DNA from: Acidobacteriota bacterium
GTDB lineage: Bacteria > Acidobacteriota > UBA890 > WLXD01
Direction of reading: 5' to 3'
DNA: 64,000 bases
NCBI GenBank assembly: GCA_965205505.1
Contig: CBDBHB010000007.1
Coordinates: forward strand, 608,001 to 672,000
A model generated the notes under the pieces. The model saw only the letters and a list, made by a program, of their open reading frames with translations, did no database searches and had not been told where the DNA came from. This document shows, one piece after another, positions 22,901-31,162 of the stretch. Within the stretch, counting starts at the first letter, position 1. Each line of letters starts with the position of its first letter. The position numbers and the translations under genes were made by a program.

Positions 22901-23121
22901 TGGAGGTACTCGGCAAGCTCGTGAAGAAAGTCCTTGCTGCGCCCCTCCACCATGCCGAGATACGAGCGGGCGAATTCTTTACCGCCAGGAACAACGACGC
23001 CCTCCTGCGCGGCAACCGTCTCCTGGGGAGCAACCGAACCGTAAAGGTCCAGTGCCGGGATACCGCTGACCAGCAGCGCAGCAAGGGCGTCGACCCACAA
23101 CTGCCGGCTCCCCAACTTCAC
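19918..23121 (-). CDS. Large (~1067 aa) hypothetical, probably exported, helical protein
   Basis: Long ORF; GTG at 23121 overlaps the vWA gene stop (GTGA); N-terminal hydrophobic stretch; no motif recognised. Confidence 0.75.
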   Translation of the reverse strand: MKLGSRQLWVDALAALLVSGIPALDLYGSVAPQETVAAQEGVVVPGGKEFARSYLGMVEGRSKDFLHELAEYLQEPGMRTRALRLDKAIDELLDYEKLQQQLRRKHGSEPPSFAHPDASAYAKARDLVGWFGVRPVERDGPLNLELRGGDSQKLRREVFAHLGYDIPELIPLWASGEPIHMPVPEDTATVMFGGGAWKQEVFDKQLTPTELFREFLRDNEARWVMLGYARLEPDTRDLFRATMGLREPYRDRRLSSVFAELAHYLRSHDGALVLPGESRLAWTKILGSWNSPSDLVRRLVDRDDGRALHLWRALSLVPPRRARFLLTLGATDRESTERWASDLYGSIRIPGRQQALRWRGDLADLFLQLRLRPDGEGISWRGGGKAWIAALRSDRVVSDSAALDEELRDERVREAADYGPAVDGEILRRLAQGFEGSELQQGTHAIERFVAIQAAFRYQPAAATPRTVTLLYRNYDRLAQAYGFLVGPTPIQADSVERVIYFLGRAESAPDGRQREAAARQAQATLLILKRLLDNGRVPAEQRHEVLGQLFDLPLDQEAGGFGRGLADWWRQTLLPAIGHEGNFADAESLSQSLVTALADRAPAAEVTVDGIQLRFSTSDMWVPRIHDSLQMQRLAPFGHVVELDAIAAEYGDKSSAELGQLGNEIEARVRPVWNALRDSVATAIYEGDGDDEVPLPLKREDLPDQVGRLLRDAGRNENRPEYFADVRKHLTSWFTDSLVAVAYAIHINDPRGLYFDDRQPAWLHRLGPLQESPRSTGPWLHTREVRDQASGLRLQNSLLGIPGHLGRWALRVQTLQGGVSFAAGSAAESWSEAVFAVHPAALSAPSLKALTARLERAAEWVEAAAAVSDPALPAPWLESAHDVPTLEGMLNLLHRPPDAWRLRQDIAAGDARSALEGMTPGDRYLLAWGAEDLADAIDPAQRWEADNLVGLPYWRGEGTLGVTHPSLVPKGEAADAVTDGLLYARVLGIRVELARGLAENGYPAALAAPLLLPAMGAALQAIDPDTATIWDEIAIAVPNVVTPEAVRNWVLELAFNEDLIPAGTAF

Positions 23122-24332
23122 CGTCCCCCGTCGTCGCCCACGGCGACGTAGCCCAGCTTGTGAAGGAGCGTCAAACGACGACGCTCCGGCACTTCGACCG
23201 TCAGCTCGTGCCACCCCGACGACCGGATATCGGATATGAAGGAAACGAAGTACATGGCCCGCATGCGCCTGGCTATCTGCGCGAAGATCGGGGAAAGGTG
23301 ATCCGCGCGGGGCACGAAGAACGCCTCACCCCCCGTAGAGCGAGCAATCTCGCGCAGCGTGGCACGCAGCTCGTCGCTCTCGAGCGCCTCACCGTGCCCC
23401 ACTGCGAAGATCGTAGCGCCCACTTCTCGAACCCGATCGATGACGCGGCTCATCGGGTTGACGCTGTCTTGATCCCAACCGTCCGAGAGAATCACCATGG
23501 CCGGCCGGGTCGGCGATACGGTGGCGGTCTCGAAGCTCTGCAGCGCGAGCAGAATCGCGTCGTAAAGCGCCGTGCCGCCACCAGCCTCCAGAGAGGCTGC
23601 GCTGGCGCGGATCACATCACGGTCTTGGGTGAAATCGACCAGCTGGTTGATGTGGTCGTTGAATGCCACCAGCTTCAACTGGTCCCGGGCATCGAGCCTG
23701 CTCAGGAGCTGATCGAGCGCCTGACGCGCCATCTCCATACGGCCATCCATGCTGCCGCTGTGATCCAGAAGAACCAGAGCCCGGAGTGGAATGTTCTCGC
23801 GCCCGAACCCCAGAATCTCCTGGGGGCGGCCGTTGTCGCGAACGATGACCTCGTGCCGCTGCAGGTCGAGAATCCGTCGCTTCCAGCTGTCGAAAACGCC
23901 GATATTCAGTGTGACTGCCTGGCTATCGGAGTGAAACAACGGGACTTCGTTGGCTCCTCCAACCAGCACCTCTTCAGATGCTTGGTGGCCGTGCTCGTCG
24001 CGAGCTGTGACCCGCACGCTAACCGTAGAGTCACTGGCCCGCGGAGGCATATCCCACCGGTACGGCGGCCCCGCAAGTGATTCCAGCGGTATCCCGTCGA
24101 CAAACGCCGTGACCGCTACAACCGGGCCGTCGCCGGCACGGACCAGCACCTGGATGCGGCCCACCGACTCAGGGTCGTCAGCGGTCCTCGGAGTCACGAT
24201 GCGGATCTGCGGCTCTTGCGCCGACGCTTGTCCCAGCACAAGCGCCGGAGTGGCCGCGATCAGAACCAGCAGGAGCGACTCGGGCACCCTAGTTCGCTTC
24301 AGCCAGGGGAAACGGCAACGTTTCATTCTCAT
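23118..24332 (-). CDS. Ig-like + von Willebrand factor A domain protein (acidobacterial VWFA-like)
   Basis: Signal peptide; Ig-like VTAFVDG...PPY.W...VTARD; MIDAS DHSGS, GGTALYDA, ILSDG. Confidence 0.88.
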   Translation of the reverse strand: MRMKRCRFPWLKRTRVPESLLLVLIAATPALVLGQASAQEPQIRIVTPRTADDPESVGRIQVLVRAGDGPVVAVTAFVDGIPLESLAGPPYRWDMPPRASDSTVSVRVTARDEHGHQASEEVLVGGANEVPLFHSDSQAVTLNIGVFDSWKRRILDLQRHEVIVRDNGRPQEILGFGRENIPLRALVLLDHSGSMDGRMEMARQALDQLLSRLDARDQLKLVAFNDHINQLVDFTQDRDVIRASAASLEAGGGTALYDAILLALQSFETATVSPTRPAMVILSDGWDQDSVNPMSRVIDRVREVGATIFAVGHGEALESDELRATLREIARSTGGEAFFVPRADHLSPIFAQIARRMRAMYFVSFISDIRSSGWHELTVEVPERRRLTLLHKLGYVAVGDDGGR

Positions 24333-24674
24333 GGGTCGTACGGAAGCACCATCCTCGAAGTCACGCCCAGGGTAGCGACAAGGACCAGTATCGCCAGCAA
24401 CGTGTGCCTGCATCATTGTGGGGCTCCTGGCTCCCGGTTGCCTGAGCCGAACATGAAGAATGCCTGAAGTTTTCATCAGGACAGGTTACTGGACGCTTCT
24501 GCGTCGCTCATTTGATCTCTTATGCCACAAACCGCGCCAAAAGGGCTCAGTTGAGCGCAGATAGCTCGAGCTAGTCCTCAACGACCCGGGGCGGAAGCCG
24601 GCCGTTTGGTGACCCCGCCGCAGTGGGGCAAGCACGAACAGCCTTCACTTCTCGTGGTCCCCCGATACGTCTAG

Positions 24675-24703
24675 CCCGCCACACTCTCACCACGGCCTGC
24701 TAG
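24675..24703 (+). repeat. Dispersed CTAG-terminated motif, copy A
   Basis: CCCGCCACACTCTCACCACGGCCTGCTAG; the CTAG contains the stop of the 24700 gene, and another CTAG precedes it at 24671. Confidence 0.85.
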
Positions 24704-26656
24704 CTTCTCTCGACAAGATCCGTCTTGACGCTCCCGTTTCCGCTGGCCTTGCGGAAATAGGGTCCCCAGCGCTTGCGAATCGTATCGACCTTGTCGATGG
24801 ATGCCTGCGAGGGTGGCTCTCCCTCGCGACCCACGACGATAAAGGCCATCTTGAAACGCTTTGGGGCGTCCTTGCTGCTCGGCACCCGCTCGCCCTCGAT
24901 GGCGATGATGTCGTCGATGCTGAGGTCCAGCCGGGTGCCCTCGAAGGTGAGATTGAGCCCGCTGCTAGTATGAAGCGCCGTCAAGCCCGTGCCCGAGACT
25001 ACGGTGACCAGGGAAATGTCGCCCACCTGTTGAGCCGGGATCAAACCCATGAGGTATCGATCCAGACGGTTGTAGCGGTCGTTGGCGGCGATCGTGGTGA
25101 AACAACCATCGCCGTTGTCGCGTAGATCGAAGCCACCCATGACCGAGGCGTCCGAATCGAGGAACGCCGGCACGCCATTGGTGAGCTGGAGGGCCGTGGG
25201 GGAGTTCCAGTGAGTAGCATCTGCGATTGCCGCGGGTCCGGTGCCGGCGGCGAACTGGCCGTCATCCACTCCCCTGAGGAGGTCGTTCGCATTGCCCTCC
25301 GCATCCCGGAAGCGCACGTAGCTCAGCCAGCGATGGCCTACTGCGTGGGCCACCGCATCCCAGGTGTTGCTGTTGCGGCATTTACAGGCATCAGGTAACG
25401 CCCCGACGAGGCCCCCGTCGTCGGTGACATCCTCCGCTGGATCGAGCGAGTAGTTGGCCAGCGTCCCCATCTGTGCGTAACTCCTCAGATTGCCATCGCT
25501 ACCGTAGGCCGCCGAGAGGTCGTGGAGGTCGCGACCGATGCCTTGCACCGCGTTGCTAGGCATGAGCGCGTAGGAGAGGCCGGCGAAGGAGAAATACAGC
25601 CAGACAATGAGCTGGTCGTAGACATCCGCAAAGCGGCTGTAAAAGGCTTGGGCGACCGCCTGATCGTCCAGTACGGGGAATTGGTTGAAGCGCTCCAGGA
25701 GCGCCGTGGTAGTCGTAGCGACCGGTAGGTCCGCCGTGAAGTCGAGCAACTGCAGCTCGCCTCCGCCGCCGGGCGCCACACCGACCACCGCAGATCTGTG
25801 TAGGTGCGCCCCCTGACTGACTAACGCACCACTTCCTACTTGAGTATCCAGCAGGGCCAGCTCCCCGTAGGCGATGAGGATTCGACCGTTCTTGAACAAG
25901 GTGACTTGGAAGGTGTTTTCGTTGGCACGCGTGCCGGGCGCGTCGCCAAACCCAGTAAGGCCGCCGATGTCCCCCAAGGAGCCCCACTGCGGGACCCTCA
26001 ACCAGGTGATCTGGAGGCTCTTAGGGGTAAGCTTCGCGTAGACCCCAGCGGAGCCGATCGCCTCGTTCGGATCGAGCTTGAAGAACAGCGGTGCGATTCG
26101 CGGCGGGCCGGTGAGCACCCGCGCCACGCTGCTGGTATCCAAGGAGACAGTGTCGGGCTGGGTGAAGGTCAGGTTGCCGTCCGTGTTGACGTACACACCG
26201 TCGTAGTTGGTGCCAAAGAAGGGGAACTCGAAGCGCACCGGGAACTCCACGAAGACGCTTGTACCAAGCCCCATGTCGAGCTTCGAACCGAGACTCTTCT
26301 TGATCGGCACGGAGCTCTTAATGGTGGCCCGGAGGCCGTCCTTGCGGCGCTTGAAGTCGATGCCGCGCCCGGCGAGATCGACACGGTTAGGCGGGATCAT
26401 GAGGGTACCGTCATCCTCGATCACCGCCACGTCGCCACTTCGGGTCACCGTCGGAGCTGTGTGAAGGCTCCGGCGGCTTTGCCGCCGTGCCCAGGTGGCC
26501 AAACCACCGTCCCCGGAAAAGCCTCCGGCCCCATTCCCCGCCACGGTGCTGTTGTTTCCAACCGCGGCCAACGCCGGGACGACAAGAATCAGCAATGGGC
26601 CTCCCCCGATTTCCCGGACACCTTTGGAAGCCCGATAATGGGCTCGGAGGTGAAGC

Positions 26657-26950
26657 ATGGGGTCACGACGGCGGTACAGTCGCGAGTTCAAGATTGAGGC
26701 AGTGAGGATGGTGACGCAGCTGGGCCATCCGGTGTCTGAGGTGGCCCGGGATCTGGGTGTTGGCCGCGGCATGTTGACCAAGTGGCGCAAACAGCTCCAG
26801 GAGCAGGGGGTCACGGCGTTTCCGGGCGCGGGGAAGATGCCCGACCAGGACCTGGACGGGCAACAGCTACGGCGGCACCTGCGGCGAGTACGGCAGGAGC
26901 GCGACATTCTAAAAAAAGCGTTGGCGATCTTCTCGGAACGCCCGCGATGA
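26657..26950 (+). CDS. IS3 transposase OrfA
   Basis: RRRYSREFKIEAVRMV...VARDLGV...W; leucine-zipper end ERDILKKALAIF. Confidence 0.93.
   Translation: MGSRRRYSREFKIEAVRMVTQLGHPVSEVARDLGVGRGMLTKWRKQLQEQGVTAFPGAGKMPDQDLDGQQLRRHLRRVRQERDILKKALAIFSERPR
26911..26918 (+). other. Programmed -1 frameshift slippery site (A7G) joining OrfA and OrfB
   Basis: AAAAAAAG at the ILKKA codons; the -1 frame is open into OrfB, as is typical for IS3. Confidence 0.8.
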
Positions 26951-27942
26951 AGTACCCGATCATCAAGCAACTGTCCGGCAAGTTCCCGGTGCGGCGGTTG
27001 TGCAAGATGCTCGAGGTGTCTCACGGCGGTTACTACGAGTGGCGAGGAAGGGGGCCGAGCCCGAGAGCGCGAGAAGATCGCCGTCTACGTGTGCAGATCA
27101 GAGCTGCATTCCGAGAGAGCCGCGACCGTTACGGAAGTCCGCGCATCCACAAGCAACTTCGGCAACGAGGGATCCGCTGCTCTCGCAAGCGGGTAGCTCG
27201 GCTGATGCGCCAGGAAGGACTTCGAGCTCGCCAACCCCGTCGGTTCCGGGTGACAACACGGCCCACACCTGGCCGGTCAGCGGCGCCCAACGTGCTGGCA
27301 CGGCGCTTCACGGTGGATGCCGTGGACAGCGTCTGGGTGGGCGACCTGACATACCTGTGGACGCAGGAAGGATGGCTATACCTGGCCGTGCTGATGGATC
27401 TGTGCTCGCGACGGATCATCGGCTGGGCGGTGAGCGAGACGATGACGGACGATTTGACGCTGGCGGTCCTGGATCAGGCCTTGGAGCAACGCCGTCCCGG
27501 TTCCGGAGTGCTCCATCACAGCGACCGCGGCAGCCAGTACAGCAGCGACGATTACCTAGACAAGCTGCGTGACCGTGGCTTCACCATCAGCATGAGCAGG
27601 AAAGGAGACTGCTGGGATAACGCGCCGATGGAGAGTTTCTTCTCTACCCTGAAGTTCCAACTCGGTGGCTGCTTCAGTTCCCGGGCGGCGGCCCGAGCCG
27701 AGTTGTTCCACTACATCGAAGTGTTCTACAACCGGGCTCGCATGCACACCTCGATCGGAGACCAGAGTCCGGCTCAGTTCGAGGCGGCAATGCGGCGGCC
27801 AGGCCAGAGCGGCCAATCAGCTGTGGAAGCTGACGCGCCCGTGGAAATCGACTCCCGATTTCCACCGTCGCTTGGACAACGCTCCGCGTTGCCAACAGCT
27901 CCCACAGCCGCTAATACGACTACGACAATGGATCTTAACTAA
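26947..27942 (+). CDS. IS3 transposase OrfB (DDE/rve)
   Basis: YGSPRI, WVGDLTY, HHSDRGSQY, CWDNAPMESFF, YN..RMH. Confidence 0.95.
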   Translation: MKYPIIKQLSGKFPVRRLCKMLEVSHGGYYEWRGRGPSPRAREDRRLRVQIRAAFRESRDRYGSPRIHKQLRQRGIRCSRKRVARLMRQEGLRARQPRRFRVTTRPTPGRSAAPNVLARRFTVDAVDSVWVGDLTYLWTQEGWLYLAVLMDLCSRRIIGWAVSETMTDDLTLAVLDQALEQRRPGSGVLHHSDRGSQYSSDDYLDKLRDRGFTISMSRKGDCWDNAPMESFFSTLKFQLGGCFSSRAAARAELFHYIEVFYNRARMHTSIGDQSPAQFEAAMRRPGQSGQSAVEADAPVEIDSRFPPSLGQRSALPTAPTAANTTTTMDLN

Positions 27943-28194
27943 GTGTCCGGGAAAGCGGGGCAAGGTCACAACGCGAGCGGCGCCAGTAGCCACGCGATCC
28001 CTGGCGTGCGGCGTTTCAAGAAGTCCATCGCGGCCAGCAGGGTGAGGCCGATTCGGGTTCTCACCATGGCAACGTTCCTCCTGAAACGCGTTGGGACATG
28101 TTGCCACGTTAGCGGGGCTCCTGGCCCGGCGGATCAAGCTGAGCTCAAGCGTATCCATCGCCTTCTCCTCTCTCCTTGCCTCCACTTCGCAAGA

Positions 28195-28236
28195 CCCTGT
28201 CGCCAGACCCACCACACTTTCACCACGGCCTGCTAG
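28195..28236 (+). repeat. Dispersed CTAG-terminated motif, copy B (longest)
   Basis: CCCTGTCGCCAGACCCACCACACTTTCACCACGGCCTGCTAG; includes the stop codon of the PIN gene. Confidence 0.9.
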
Positions 28237-28628
28237 CGCGACTCGAGGTAAGCTCCCAAGCGCACGATCCGGACTCCCTCGTAGTCGCTGAGTCCGAGCA
28301 TCTCTTTGTCGCCGGTGACGATCAGCTCCGCCCCACCGTCCAGGGCGCATTCGAGGATACGGTTGTCAGCTTCGTCTGCGAGCATGGTGATCGAGACTTG
28401 CGGCTCGATAACCTCGGCGATCCCGGCTACGAACACCGCCACGCGAGCCAGCTCTTCGCGATCGCGGGCGAACTTACCCGCCAGCACCCCGAGAAGCTCG
28501 CCGACGATTGCTCGCGACACCAGGAGATGATCGTGCCCATCGATGACCCGCTGTATCGTCCGCTCGCCATGGCCGCCAGGAAACACGAGCGCCGATACGA
28601 AGACGTTCGTATCGAAGACGACCCTCAT
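28233..28628 (-). CDS. PIN-domain toxin (VapC-like)
   Basis: MRVVFDTNVFVSA, DEADNRILECA, IVTGDKEML. Confidence 0.9.
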   Translation of the reverse strand: MRVVFDTNVFVSALVFPGGHGERTIQRVIDGHDHLLVSRAIVGELLGVLAGKFARDREELARVAVFVAGIAEVIEPQVSITMLADEADNRILECALDGGAELIVTGDKEMLGLSDYEGVRIVRLGAYLESR

Positions 28629-28861
28629 TCGGCGAGGTAGCGGTCAAGATCGTTCTCGCCGACGATGCCGGCGTCGCGTGCCTTTCGGCTCCAGAACGCC
28701 TGCACCTCACGCAGCTCGGACCGGGTGCGCTGGACCCGAGCGATACGCAGTGCCTCTTGCACGATGGCGCTGAAGCTCTTGCCCTCGGCGCGGGCGATCT
28801 CTCCGGTCTCGCGGGCGAGATCTTCAGGCAACGAGATGGTTCGTTTGACGGCGGTACCCAT
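28625..28861 (-). CDS. Ribbon-helix-helix antitoxin
   Basis: KRTISLPEDL...ARAEGKSFSAIVQEALR; ATGA overlap with the PIN gene. Confidence 0.85.
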   Translation of the reverse strand: MGTAVKRTISLPEDLARETGEIARAEGKSFSAIVQEALRIARVQRTRSELREVQAFWSRKARDAGIVGENDLDRYLAE

Positions 28862-28887
28862 CGGCAAAGAGCCTTCTTTTTGAGTGA

Positions 28888-28906
28888 GTATGAAGCAATC
28901 ATACCA
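28888..28906 (-). promoter_or_regulatory. Extended -10 (TGgTATGAT) overlapped by GTATGA-N5-TCATAC operator
   Basis: Seen directly upstream of the RHH antitoxin; autorepression is inferred. Confidence 0.6.
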
Positions 28907-28961
28907 CGGCAAAGCTCGTTTCTGAGCCTCGTTACACGGTCGGTGCCGCCAAACCTCCGCG

Positions 28962-29031
28962 TCGCCACGGCGTCCTGTTTGGCCTGCTCGCTAACGTGGG
29001 AGTATCGGCGGGTCATCTCGAGGGACCGCTG
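28962..29031 (-). pseudogene. Tyrosine recombinase (integrase) C-terminal remnant
   Basis: RSLEMTRRYSHVSEQAKQDAVA, the catalytic Tyr box (MT.RY.H). Confidence 0.65.
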
Positions 29032-29132
29032 ACGCAGTGACCACCTTTCTGAAGTGATGACTGTCGTCGTGTGCCGGTCAGGGTAGCCTCGGCGGCACCG
29101 TAGGCAATGCCCGTCTCCCGCTCCTCGAGCGC

Positions 29133-29395
29133 CTAGCTCTTCTCGACAAGATTCGTCTTGACCGTCCCGTTTCCGCTGGCCTCGCGGAAATAGGGTCCCC
29201 AGCGCTTGCGAATCGCGTTGACCTTGTCGATCGATGCTTGCGAGGGTGGCGCTCCCTCATGGCCCACGACGACAAAGGCCATCTTGAAGCGCTTGGGGGC
29301 GTCCTTGCTGCTCGGCACCCGCTCACCCTCGATGGCGATGATGTCGTCGACGCTGAGGTCTAGCCGGGTGCAGCGATGGCCTACTGCGTGTGTCA
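29133..29395 (-). pseudogene. Internally deleted paralog of the 24700 gene (copy 3)
   Basis: THAVGHR is joined directly to TRLDLSVDDIIAIEGERVPSSKDAPKRFKMAF...NLVEKS*; about 390 bp are missing relative to 24938-25328. Confidence 0.9.
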
Positions 29396-29504
29396 GCATT
29401 GGCACTGTCGACGCTGGGCCATGGTTTGCGGCAAGTGTGCGACAGGTGGCTGAGCCAGGCGTGACAGTGACCGGGTCACGAAACGGCGTGTGTATACTCC
29501 GGCC

Positions 29505-29726
29505 ATGCGCGATCCTGTGAAGGTCCAGCCGCACCGCGCACACTACCTGCGCACACTTGCCGCGATGTCGCCCGAGCAGCGGCTGGAGAAGGCATTCGAG
29601 CTATCCACGTGGAGCCGAGAGCTGTTCATGGCAGGTCTGCGGGACCGATTCCCGGAGTTGGAGCCGGACCAGCTTCGTGCCCTGTACGTGAAGCGATTGT
29701 CGCGGTGTCACAACAGAGACTGCTGA
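29505..29726 (+). CDS. Small partner/antitoxin-like protein
   Basis: MSPEQRLEKAFELS...GLRDRFPEL; overlaps the downstream nucleotidyltransferase; TATACT lies 6 nt before the ATG. Confidence 0.7.
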   Translation: MRDPVKVQPHRAHYLRTLAAMSPEQRLEKAFELSTWSRELFMAGLRDRFPELEPDQLRALYVKRLSRCHNRDC

Positions 29727-30274
29727 TCCGCGTACTCGGGGCCCTCGATCTCGTCGGTGTTGCGTACATGGTCACCGGGTCAACCGCCTCCAGCATCCAG
29801 GGCGAACCGAGGTCAACGCACGACATCGACATCGTGGTTGATCTCGGGGAAGGTGCGGTCGCGGCGCTCGTGGCGAGTTTCCCGGAGCCTGACTTCTACG
29901 TGAACGAGGACACCGTTGTCGGTGCCATCAAGACGAGCTCGATGTTCAATCTCCTCGATCTCACTTCGGGCGACAAAGTCGATTTCTGGCTGCTGACCGA
30001 TCAACCCTTCGACCGGTCGCGTTTCGATCGTCGGGTGGAGGTCGAACTGTTCGGCATGAGCGTGTTCGTATCGAGTCCGGAGGACACGATCTTGCAGAAG
30101 CTGCTCTGGTCACGGCTCTCGGGAGGCAGTGATCGTCAAGAACTCGACGCGCTGGCCGTGTACGAACTGCAATTCTCCCGACTCGACCAGTCTTACCTGG
30201 ATGTATGGGCCGGGCGTCTGGAAGTGAGTGCTCGGCTGGAGGACGTGCGGGCTCGAGCGGAACCGTTGGAGTGA
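29705..30274 (+). CDS. Nucleotidyltransferase-fold protein (putative TA component)
   Basis: YMVTGSTASSIQGEPRSTHDIDIV, KVDF, SPEDTILQKL.W. Confidence 0.8.
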   Translation: MSQQRLLIRVLGALDLVGVAYMVTGSTASSIQGEPRSTHDIDIVVDLGEGAVAALVASFPEPDFYVNEDTVVGAIKTSSMFNLLDLTSGDKVDFWLLTDQPFDRSRFDRRVEVELFGMSVFVSSPEDTILQKLLWSRLSGGSDRQELDALAVYELQFSRLDQSYLDVWAGRLEVSARLEDVRARAEPLE

Positions 30275-30398
30275 ACGGGCGCGGCAGGAATGAGCCGGCG
30301 GCTGCCACCGTGTATTCCGAGTACTGGGTACTCATTGGATCGTCTGCGACGAAACCTCTCACCTGAATGGGCAGGTAGCGTCCGCTCTCGTGTCGGGC

Positions 30399-30436
30399 CT
30401 AGCTCCTCTCCACGAGATTCGTCTTGACGCTCCCGT
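30399..30436 (-). pseudogene. Terminal 38 bp of the 24700 gene family (copy 4)
   Basis: Encodes GSVKTNLVERS*, matching GSVKTDLVERS* and GTVKTNLVEKS*. Confidence 0.75.
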
Positions 30437-30444
30437 AAGCTGGG

Positions 30445-30746
30445 GCGCGCTGCCGCAGCCGCTCAATGAGACGGCGCGTGTGAGCTTGGAGCCGAGGGGC
30501 AGCCGCAACGGGCCTGCCCTCCACCAGTTCGACCTGCGACTGCAAAAGTCGTTCGACCTCAGCGCACCGCGGGCCGCCAGACTCGAGCTCATCCTCGACG
30601 TGTTCAACCTCTTCAACAGCGACTCCGGGAACAGCCAGGTAAGCAACTGCCTGGACTGCACATTCCGCGGCGAGCCGGCCTTCGGTCTACCCCGCTGGAT
30701 CATTGCACCGCGCCAGGCCCAGCTTGGGGTCAGGATGGTTTTCTGA
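30445..30746 (+). pseudogene. TonB-dependent receptor C-terminal fragment, paralog of 8004-9862
   Basis: LPQPLNE...LEPRG.RN.P.L.QFDLRLQKSFDL...AARLELILDVFN.FNS...APRQAQLGVR.VF is shared with the 8004 copy. Confidence 0.85.
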
Positions 30747-30824
30747 GCAACCAGGGCAGCTGATGGGTCAGTGGTGCCAGGTTCGAGTTCTCCAGATTGA
30801 TCGTAAGCGGGTTATGAGAAATCG

Positions 30825-30959
30825 ATGGAGCAAGACATACGCGCATACCTGACCGAGATCGGCCGCCGTGGCGGTCGCAAGAGTCGGCGTACGCTGGACT
30901 CCGTGGCCTTCTCATCCCATCTGGTTAGACAGCAACTGATCCTCAGCGCTAACCTCTAG
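30825..30959 (+). pseudogene. Truncated small basic protein (IGRRGG motif)
   Basis: Manual translation MEQDIRAYLTEIGRRGGRKSRRTLDS... (44 aa). Confidence 0.45.
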
Positions 30960-30961
30960 GC

Positions 30962-31159
30962 ATGAAGTACAAGGTCGTACTGTAGGAATCAGAAGAGGGC
31001 GTTAGCGTTTCCGTTCCCGGGCTCCCCGGGTGTTGGTCGCAAGGAGCCGACGAGAGTGAGGCGCTAGACAACATCAAGATCGCCGTCCGCGAGTATCTGC
31101 AGGTTGTCGCGGATCTGACCAAAGACGCCGACGTTCGAGAGATCGAGATCGCCGTCTAG
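30962..31159 (+). pseudogene. hicB: HicB-family antitoxin with in-frame TAG at 30983-30985
   Basis: MKYKVVL*ESEEGVSVSVPGLPGCWSQGADESEALDNIKIAVREYL; absent from the ORF track. Confidence 0.85.
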
Positions 31160-31162
31160 CTG

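Larger units (their letters stand above)
26596..27968 (+). mobile_element. Complete IS3-family insertion sequence (1373 bp)
   Basis: TG...CA ends; 26-bp imperfect IRs (21/26: TGGGCCTCCCCCGATTTCCCGGACAC / TGACCTTGCCCCGCTTTCCCGGACAC); 3-bp target duplication CAA at 26593-26595 and 27969-27971. Confidence 0.96.
24700..28067 (-). pseudogene. Secreted NIDO-like + zincin-like protein (HAVGH), interrupted by IS3 in its signal peptide
   Basis: ATG at 28067 after AGGAGG. Removing the IS and one CAA gives in-frame ...IAWLLAPLALLILVVPALA. Contains FEFPFFG..Y..VYVNTDGNLTF, RIAPLF, NTFQVTL, AHAVGHRW and YNRLDRYLMGL. Confidence 0.85.

Noticed and set aside
417-30436. Diversity-generating retroelement TR/VR pair
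   Set aside because: No reverse transcriptase is present, and differences among copies are not adenine-specific.
30765-30800. tRNA fragment (GGTTCGAG T-loop-like)
   Set aside because: No T-stem or acceptor-stem pairing and no CCA context.
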